64,000 nt of DNA. Origin: Coniocarpon cinnabarinum. Its lineage: Eukaryota. Shown in pieces: positions 55,599-64,000 of this stretch. The stretch lies in NCBI GenBank assembly GCA_051942205.1, contig JAVECO010000043.1:1-64000 (forward strand), in the 5' to 3' direction. The position numbers and the translations under genes were made by a program. Every line of letters starts with the position of its first letter. The first letter of the stretch is position 1. Below the pieces are notes generated by a model. It was given only the letters and a program-made list of their open reading frames with translations. It made no database searches and was not told the DNA's origin.

Positions 55599-58157
55599 AT
55601 GGCAGGAAGGAAGTTGCAACAGGAGATCGATAAGTGCTTCAAGCAGGTCGCGATCGGCGTCGAGGCTTTTGACGAGCAGTTTGAGAAATACACTGGCTCT
55701 TCGAATCCATCACAACGCGACAAACTTGTCGACAATCTCAAGAAGGAGTGCAAGAAGTTGCAGCGATTACGAGACCAGATTAAATCATGGGCGCAATCCA
55801 ACGAGGTCAAGGACAAGGGCCCGCTGCAGGAGAAGAGGGAGCTCATAGAGACGGTGCGAGGATTAACCTTTGGATGACACCTTGAGCGACATGCTGACTT
55901 CGTGAACAGAAGATGGAAACGTTCAAGGCTGTGGAAAAGGAGATGAAAACTAAAGCGTTTTCAAAGGAAGGCCTGAGCCTCGCGGCCAAACTGGATCCAC
56001 GGGAGCAGGAGAAGGAGGAGATCATCACCTTCCTCACAAACGCCATTGATTCATTAGGTCACCAAGTCGAAGAACACGAAGCCAACATCAGTGACATCAA
56101 GGCGAGGCTAAAGAAGGTCAAGAAGGGTGGCAATGCGGATCAGCAGTCTCGGATGTCGTCTCTGGAAAAGTCTGTTGAGCAGAACAAGATGCATCAAGGC
56201 AAGCTGGAACTGTTGCTGCGAGGGGTGGAGAACGATAGCATTGAATCCCAACGTGTGAAGGATGACCTTCAGGAGAACATCCAAGATTACGTCGACAACA
56301 ATCAAGAAGCCGATTTCGATCCTGAGGCGTACGAAGGCCTGTACGACGACTTTGGTCTGGACGAGGAGGAAGCGCAATACGGCGTACCTCTGGAACCGGA
56401 TAGGGTCGTCTCGCACGAAGATTCCAGCATTGGTGATCCGTTAGAGCATACCGTCAGTAATGAAGAAGAAGGCCACAAAAAGAGGACCAAGTCCAAGAGC
56501 GGCGTGGACATTTCAGCGCCGCATCGACGACCGTCGCAGCAGATCAAATCACCGTTACCTACCCTCGCAACGTTACACACCCAGCCTCCGCCTGCGGCAC
56601 CGAACACAAACAAGGACATGAAGCCCGCACCACCTCCCAAACCCGCAGGCGAACCACTACGATACGCCTCAGCTGCCGCTGCAGCCACCGCCACTGACAA
56701 GGCTGGTATTGGAATTGCGCCGTTGCCGGCCCCCTCTACGCAAGCTGCGACCGCTCAAGCCATCGCAAACACTGGCTTGACTCCTCAACATCCCGAGCCC
56801 AGCGCGAGGTCAAGCTCTACGACGTCGCCAGCCGCAACACACGCCGCGCCGGCAGATCCGAGGCAGAGTGCAGTTCCCGGCGCTGGCGTCGTAGATAAGA
56901 ATGCACCATCCACCAAATCGCCAGCCATAAGCTCGGCGAGCGTATCGGTGCAGAGTCCAGCGCACGGCTCTTCACAGCTGGTAGACTCGTCAACGCCAGA
57001 AGAGCCTCCCTCAGTACGGCCGCCCTCAACAACCACTCCCAGTCGACCCCCAGGACTGCCAGCACTGGACCACGACAGGAAGTTACAACCTGACGGCGTG
57101 CAAACGAATGGCATCGACCATTCGCTTGAGGCAGAAGAGCCAGAGGACGAGGAGTCCATCTACCACCTCCCCGAAAGCCTCCGAGATCTCGTCAGCACCT
57201 ACGAATCCGCCCGCGACGCCGCCGCCAACCTGTCCTCTTCCTCACCCGAGCACCAACGCCTCCTCAATCAATCCCTGATCACCCGTCCCGACGCCAACGA
57301 CGCCGAACGACCGCAGCACTACCGCCCCAACAATCTCGCCGCTTACACCCCGCCTCACTACCCGCAGGATCCCTCGCCCATCTTCAACAATCCGAGGCTG
57401 TACGAGCGAATAGACACCGACTCGCTGTTTTACAGCTTTTACTACCGACAGGGCAGCTATCAGCAGTATCTTGCTGCCAAGGCGCTGAAAGCAAATTCCT
57501 GGCGGTTTCATAAGCAATATCAGACGTGGTTTCAGCGGCATGAGGAGCCGAAGACTATCACTGAGGACTATGAGCAGGGGACTTACCGATTCTTCGATTA
57601 TGAGTCTACGTGGTAAGCAGCTGCTTTTTATTTCGCGTCTGTTTCTTTGTTCTCCACCGCCATCAGCAGTGTCTTTGGGGTCGGTGTTTGGCGATTGACT
57701 GGTCTCTGCGGGAAGAGTGCAGCGCACTGTCCTTTTGACGTGACAGCCAGTGTTGCACGCTCATGAGGACCCGCAGGAAGTCGCAGACTTACCGCCCCGA
57801 TTCGTTTCCTCGCGCATCCGCTGTGGCCCTGACCCGCGACGCACTCAAGGACATCACGGACGGTCTCGCGTCTGTCTCCGCGCCGCCTTCACCTCCTTCG
57901 CCAGCTCCCGAGCTTTGACAGCTCACGGTAGCTGGAGAGGTATGGGATGCGAGCGCTAGAGTCGTGATGTCACTTAGTGCGTTGTTGGTTCCTTGGGTTT
58001 TCCCTGCGTTTGTTCCTTGGTTTCCCTTGCACTACACTACCTTCCCAAGCCACACTCGTCTCTAGGTTGGTGAGCAGAATGCTAATGGTTGTTTAGGATG
58101 AACCGTCGGAAAGCTGATTTCCGATTTGCGTACAAGTTCCTGGAGGATGACTTGTAG
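55599..58157 (+). CDS. NOT3: CCR4-NOT complex subunit Not3/Not5; exons 55599-55853, 55910-57612, 58097-58157
   Basis: MAGRKLQQEIDKCFKQV...KKLQRLRDQIKSW...METFKAVEKEMKTKAFSKEGL, and NOT box DSLFYSFYYRQGSYQQYLAAKALK..SWRFHKQYQTWFQRHEEPK...YRFFDYESTW/MNRRKADFRFAYKFLEDDL. Confidence 0.96.
57675..57999 (+). ncRNA. Candidate structured RNA element (two long hairpins) within the last NOT3 intron
   Basis: Nested complementary segments found by eye (detailed in findings). No known family recognised. Confidence 0.5.
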
Positions 58158-60038
58158 CGCGACCCATCTTCGCAGTCACGCGGGCGACGCGGGCGACGCG
58201 GGTAATGACACCGTGGGTGATGTCAAATGGTGCCGTTCATGTGTATGTCTAATTAGGGGGTTGACGCGCCCTCGCGCGACGTGAGTGCTAGCGGCTAGTC
58301 GCTGCTACCATTGAGATAATGATGCTGCATCTTCATCCCTCATACTGTGTCCTTTTGGCAATCCGCCGCTTATCATCATCGTCCTCGTCTCTCTTTCGCT
58401 GTTTGCTTTCCTGATTTCGGTACTGGCGACCTAGTGCTGTGGAATTTCTCGACCCCGCTTGGCTTCGTACGAACGATCTCTCGACGGTTCATACCTGTGT
58501 TTGTGGAGATCTGCGTTGTTCATGGTATCGGGCGGATGAGTCTCGAAGCAAAAGTCACGACGGGAAAATCGCGGTGTTCTGATTATGTCTCGTGAGTATA
58601 AGCGACGTGTACATTGCGTACGCGAAGATAGAGTAAAGTCATGACAAAATTTCATTATGATTGCCCGTTGGCGTCGCGCTTGTATCCGCGTCATGAGATC
58701 TGGTGTCAAGCAGTCGCGCTACTATCCCAGGAATGAGATCTGGTGTCAAGCAGCCGCGGAGATGTCAGAAGACGCGGAGATGTCAGAAGTGGCGGAGAGG
58801 GAATCGCGGGGATAGGTTGTGGAATAATACCGTAATTACATCGCGTAAGATATCGGTGGATTTCAGCGGATGGATTCTGCGTAAGCGACCGCAGGAGACG
58901 GATACCTGCGTGTGAATCATTGTGTTCGCTTCACTGCCGAAGCTTGTTAGAGGCGACTGTATTCGCCTTTGTGGTTGGTTGAATCTGTGCGCGCCTCTAA
59001 TTGTGTAAGTTTTGAGGCTCTGCGGATTTAGTGGAGCTGAATAGCTTGTGAAAGCTTGCACAATGCATTGCAAGTTGTTGACTTTTACATTAGTTTGGAA
59101 TCTTGATTGAGCGGGTGATATCTCGAGTTGAGTAGTGCACACCTGGACTTGCGTAACAGGTATCTTGATCAGAGCTGCTTAATGTTTGAATTGAGCAACG
59201 AGTATCTCAATTGAGGGACTCGATTGCCTGAATTTGAGCAATGCTTGTTTGTGACTTGAGCAGGGATATCTTTCTTTGCGAAGGTTGCGACGAAAGACTT
59301 ACGGGAATAGAGGAGAAAAAAAATAAAAACTCAACAAGTACTATAAGTTTGTGCGCTTTCTCTGAATAGCCCAATATGATGTGCTTTTCCCCGGTCTGAC
59401 CAACTTCCAGCTCAAAAATTGGCTCCATGTGAGAGGCTTGACAATGCTTCACGTGACAAATAGACGGGGTTGAACGAAGTATCAGATGCTAGTAAATGAG
59501 GTGCTGGGGACAGCCGTGTGCTTAGGGTACGAATATAGCCGACTGTGGGTGGAGGCTAGATGAAAATTTCATTAAAGTGTTTCGTAATTCAATATGTGAG
59601 TGACGTTGGTATAGAATTGCTACATCTCGGTGTTGTTCATTTGTGCGTGCTCGCAGATAAGGTGACTCTTCCGCGTGGAGAGCTGCGTAAGCTTGATCCG
59701 AAATCATTCACTGCATTGAGCGGCTTCGTATCCCCTTTCGTGTTTCGTCATAATTCACTCAGATCTTTCCGATTCCGAGGTCCTCGCGTTCAATCTGGCA
59801 ATTTGGTAGAAATCTGGGCTTGAAATCCGGTAATATGCACGATTTCGCGAGATGAAGCCGGGGCCGCCTTCAGATGTTGGGTTCTCAGATGACGTGATTG
59901 ATGCAGCAATGTGATCCAGCTTCTGTGTACGCACCCTTTGAGAAAGTCATCTGCTACTTTTTGTGGCGCTGTGTTTTGTTGCTCGGATTGTATCTGTATG
60001 GCCGCCGCTGCTGCATGCTTCTGATCTTTGACGACTCG

Positions 60039-62304
60039 TCATACGAGGGTAATACGACTATTCGCTATCCAGTCCTTAAACCTGCGCACTCTCCATTGCT
60101 CAAACCAGCCGATCCTTTTGGAGTCTCTAGACGTCAACGGTTCTTTGCTTGTTTTAGGTGTGCACCTCAGAAGTAATCCACTGCAATCGACTTGATCTGA
60201 GTACGGGACATTCCTTGTCTCGAACACAAGCGCCCATACGAGCTCATCTCGTGGACGCTGTCGATAGTCGTTGTAGGCCACACCTTGACGGACTTGAGAT
60301 GCTTCACGGAGACTCGGCACTGTGATAGCATCGCGCACGCCGTCTTCGAGATTGAAACTTTGATGATAGACAACCTCTGTAAGAGGTCCTTCAAGTTGGA
60401 TTTTCGTAGCCGGCGCGTCCAGGTATTCATGCTGATTCTCTTTCTCGTCTTTCTGCACTTCGAGGACTTTCACCTGGAATGGAGGGACTCGCTCGAGTTG
60501 ATATCTCGGGGCTGAGAACGTGACTTCGAAATCATCAGAGGTCCACGACCAGGAATTGACCCCGCCTGAAAATGGCATGGAAGGATGTCGGTCTTCTCCG
60601 ATGAGTTGAACCCGCCACATCAATCCTCTCACGATGTGATTAGACCAGATTCCGCACATGTAAGCACCGAGCCCTGCTCCCTGTGTTATGCTCATTAGCA
60701 AGCGACACGTACCTTTAGCGGACGTCAAGACCCCTGGAGCAACGGCTGCGTGCATCGATACATCTCAAACTTACCCACGCTCTACCAAACTCCTCCGCTA
60801 TGCTAGCAATTGCATTCAATTTATCCCCCTTTTTGGTGAGAGTACGTTGTGTGTAATCACTGACGATGTCCTCCCACATGACCGCAACATCGTCCGTGTA
60901 CAGACCGTGACCGCCACGTTGTCCATCTGAGCGTCCTGAGTGCATTCGGTCGCCAATTTCTATGTCAGTGTCCACGGAACAGTCAAGACCGTCGTCCATT
61001 CTCCACTTGCCCTGCCGGCATTCCCAGAAAGGGCCGTGCGACGAGAAAACAATCGATCTGCAAGATAGAAGTCGCTCTTCAAGTGTCCACGCGCGCGTGA
61101 AGATTGGTTCTTTGACAGCAGAGGTGTCCTCAGACTTGAATGAAAGGTCTTCGTCAGTATCTGTGGCTGCTGTAAAGGATTTAGGCGGCTCAAAAAAGCC
61201 TGAAAAGTCATCATCAGTCCCCTACTTGAGCAAATGATCGTTGATATGATTATTTCGCTTTAGATGTCTGCGCGACAGTGCTGATAGGTGTAAAAGCAAG
61301 CTGCATCAGCGATGTTTCAACTTACCATCAAAGACAGTGTGAGCTTCTGCAGCCACAACAGTCACCAATGCGCCCTTGTAGATGTTCCGCATATTAAGAA
61401 TCTCATTACGCTTATCTGTCTGGCTGTCCTGCATGATACACAGAGCATCTACCCATAAATATCGTATTCCGAGTTCCCGGGTAAAATGAATAGCATGCCT
61501 GATGGTTTTCGGTACATATACCAGCGCAATGCCGTTCTCAAAATGCTGAAGAGACTCTGATGTCAAAACAAGATTCCGCTCGCCTCCCCAGCAATACGAC
61601 AAAGCCGCATAGGCACCCCTTTCATCCGGTGTAGAAGTGTGTATGCGCATTGTGTCCAGGCCTGGTGTGTTGTCAGCTATTTCGCGAGACACATCGATGA
61701 CACGTGTTGGGAGTTTTGCATTTAGATCCTTAGGAGTACAAGCAAAGTGCGAGGTGTCGCATTTGTCGAGTAATTCTTTCGCCTGAAGAGCATGCTTTTT
61801 TAACAAGCATAGCTGACGTGTGGCAAATTCAATTGGTGATAGGCTTGCACGACAGCGATTGCCAGGCTCAGCTGTGAGGTAGATCGAACCGAAAAACGAT
61901 AGCGGTTTAGATGAAACTGCCCCACCATGTAAGACCCATTCAGCTCTCATTGTGATACACCTTCTAACGACTGGCGTGATAACTTCCGGGTCCTGCTCGT
62001 CACACTTTCTAAGTCCCCAGAATAGGCGCACATCTAACGCACCAGATGTTGGTCGTCGGTCATATGGCGACTGCGATACATTCCAAGCATCGCAGAAGCT
62101 TTTAACAATGCGCTTGCACATGGGACATTCGGCCTCCGCTGAGCGCTTTAAGTCTTCCAAATCAGCACAGAAGGTATCCTCTTGCTCTGTTGTTTGGTCG
62201 TTGGAGGTTTTGATCTGCTTGACAAAGCTTGATAGAAATGGCGAGAAGCGAGAAAAAAGGCAAGGCGGACACAATCGACAGGAATCCAGTTCCAAGTCCC
62301 CCAT
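60039..62304 (-). CDS. HET-domain (heterokaryon incompatibility) protein; exons 62304-61326, 61199-60775, 60680-60039
   Basis: LPTRVIDV, YAALSYCWG, PKTIRHAIHFTRELGIRYLWVDALCIMQD, MRNIYKGA, EPIFTRAWTLEERLLS, WEDIVSDYTQRTLT..DKLNAIASIA and YMCGIW; two GT-AG introns join three track ORFs. Confidence 0.92.
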
Positions 62305-62912
62305 GCCAGTCTTTAGTCGAGGGGGATCTACTAACTCACAAACATGTCAACTACAAGTCTAGCCGCAATCAGACTGGCCGTCCCAGGTTTTCGCCGTATG
62401 AAGTTGGTATCTTTCTTTCTTGATGTATTTGTAGAGTAGGTGCAGAGAGTCCTTTACATTGGTGCACATAGGATGAACCGGTTGTTCATAGAAGCGAATC
62501 GTTTCTTTGCTCCCTTAGATATCCGCGAAAGAGCAAATGCAAGTTGGGTACGTTCACATTCTACTATCAAGATGCACTGCCGGGCTCACCAGACTCTTCT
62601 CACATAGAATTGTATTCGATTAGACAATGCTTCAATGAGTAGTAATGAAGAAGTCATTCGCCCTGGAAGGGCGTCAGTGTCATACATTGGCGTAAGTCTA
62701 AAGAGCTTTCTCCGATGACGGACAATCGTGACGGCACACGAATTAATGAATGTATGTTAGGTTGAAACTAATCAGATGATGCGATTGCCGCCTTGCCGCC
62801 TCCTTGCCATTGGCAGGGTCCGCAATGATTCTTCAAACGTTGGTGCAATGCAAATGTCTTGCATTATGCTGTCCATTGCAGCCTGAGCACGAGCATGAGG
62901 TAACCAAAACAG

Positions 62913-64000
62913 ATGGCTGGCAAGCGCCTTCTCGACGCTGCTCTGGTCCTCAATGCTGCCCGCAACATCGCCAAGCAGCATGTTCGGATCCGCAGCGAGC
63001 AGTATGACATCTGGTCTAAGACGTCGACGATAGCAAAATCGATTCAGTCTCAAACCGATCGCGTCACTCTCACTGCCCAGGCTGCTGCTGCGATCGCTAG
63101 GCGACTTAACGAGCAAGCACCTTCACCAAGCGACTTTGTAACACAGGCGCAGCGAACAGCAAATAGCGATGCCGTGCCACGGAGGGAGGCGGTTGATGAT
63201 AGTGGGACCGATCATACACAGAGGGAAGGCTTGCAGCAAGATCACCACTACAGGCGCTCGGAGCAAAATGCGGTACAGGAGCCGCCTCCAACAGGAGATC
63301 GTGAGGTAGCACAAGAGCAGCCGTTGCGAGCACCGACTCCAGACGGCTCGATCCCCCCCGTCGGTGCACCTGTAGATGTGAAGGATGCATCCACAGCGCC
63401 GGTCGGTGGTATTAGTGAGCGCGCTACAGTGCCACCTGCGAAGCATACGCTTGAGCAGGAGCAGTCAGTCGAGAGCGCTGAGCTGAAACCGGCGAGCTCC
63501 CGAGAGTCGACCATTCCAGATCCAAATCTGCAGAGGAGTCAAGAAGTGCCCCAGAAAGAGGCTGTGCCGGAGCAGGATGAAGTTCCAGAAGGTGTGAACC
63601 TCGACGTGTTTCACACGCCACGGATGAAGAAGATGCTGGGAGGCAAGGGAGCAGGTATCAAGCCAGGTACTGATCTGCCACTCGAAGGGGCGAGACCTGC
63701 GCCCGCAGAGAAGCGTAAACAAGCAGATGCCACAGATCAAGAGGTGCATAACACGCGGATGTCTGCTAGCATTCAGGAGAACACAACACAGAAAGAGGAC
63801 GACGATGTCCACGAGCTTGCTGCAGACATTGCGCAAGATCAACATCAAGTTCATGACACGCCAGAGCAGGTAAGAAGTATCAATTCATATGAGCAGGCTA
63901 AAGCTGATGAACTGACCCAGGCCAGCAGCGAAATGTTGAAGCGGCTGCAGGTGGGAGCTCAGCTACTCCTTACCAGATGCATGAATCTCGCGTTCCATCC
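62913..64000 (+). CDS. COQ8: ABC1/Coq8 atypical kinase, 5' part (truncated by the window end); intron 63870-63925 or -63928
   Basis: MAGKRLLDAALVLNAARNIAKQH...QTDRVTLTAQAA resembles the Pezizomycotina Abc1 N-terminus. The window ends at YQMHESRVPS, the start of the conserved Coq8 motif. The kinase domain itself lies outside the window. Confidence 0.85.
   Translation, partial: MAGKRLLDAALVLNAARNIAKQHVRIRSEQYDIWSKTSTIAKSIQSQTDRVTLTAQAAAAIARRLNEQAPSPSDFVTQAQRTANSDAVPRREAVDDSGTDHTQREGLQQDHHYRRSEQNAVQEPPPTGDREVAQEQPLRAPTPDGSIPPVGAPVDVKDASTAPVGGISERATVPPAKHTLEQEQSVESAELKPASSRESTIPDPNLQRSQEVPQKEAVPEQDEVPEGVNLDVFHTPRMKKMLGGKGAGIKPGTDLPLEGARPAPAEKRKQADATDQEVHNTRMSASIQENTTQKEDDDVHELAADIAQDQHQVHDTPEQVRSINSYEQAKADELTQASSEMLKRLQVGAQLLLTRCMNLAFH

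Noticed and set aside
57613..58096. TPP riboswitch, H/ACA or C/D snoRNA identity for the NOT3 intron structure
   Set aside because: I found no TPP aptamer core, no ANANNA hinge between the hairpins and no matched C/D boxes. It is left unassigned pending an Rfam scan.
58061..58096. Micro-exon between TCTAG and GTGAGC near the end of the NOT3 intron
   Set aside because: The downstream intron would be only ~27 nt, shorter than any intron supported here.

Overview
This is gene-dense DNA from a filamentous ascomycete (Pezizomycotina-type introns, mostly ~50-130 nt, with GTRAGT-like donor, CTRAC branch point and YAG acceptor). Conserved genes: ORM1, SNF1, HIU hydrolase, ATF1/atfA, an EthD-domain gene, SPT6, STE7-type MAPKK, Inn1/Fic1-like C2 protein, an FHA protein, TOM70, ISW2, an IFRD protein, DTD1, NOT3/NOT5 and the 5' part of COQ8. 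Two accessory-looking stretches interrupt them. The first (~13.4-22.2 kb) has a purine-skewed repeat tract with RIP-type substitutions followed by four co-oriented orphan ORFs. The second (~58.2-62.8 kb) carries a HET-domain gene. The most striking unexplained signal is the 484-nt last intron of NOT3/NOT5, which folds by eye into two long hairpins and contains a sequence complementary to its own 5' splice site. Also notable: an ORM1 uORF or frameshift puzzle, a cluster of CRE/M26 sites around ATF1, a possible alternative ATF1 C-terminal exon, and several stop-free 3n introns. All exon structures were inferred by hand, family calls come from recalled motifs, and no databases were searched. I recognised no rRNA, tRNA or CRISPR features.
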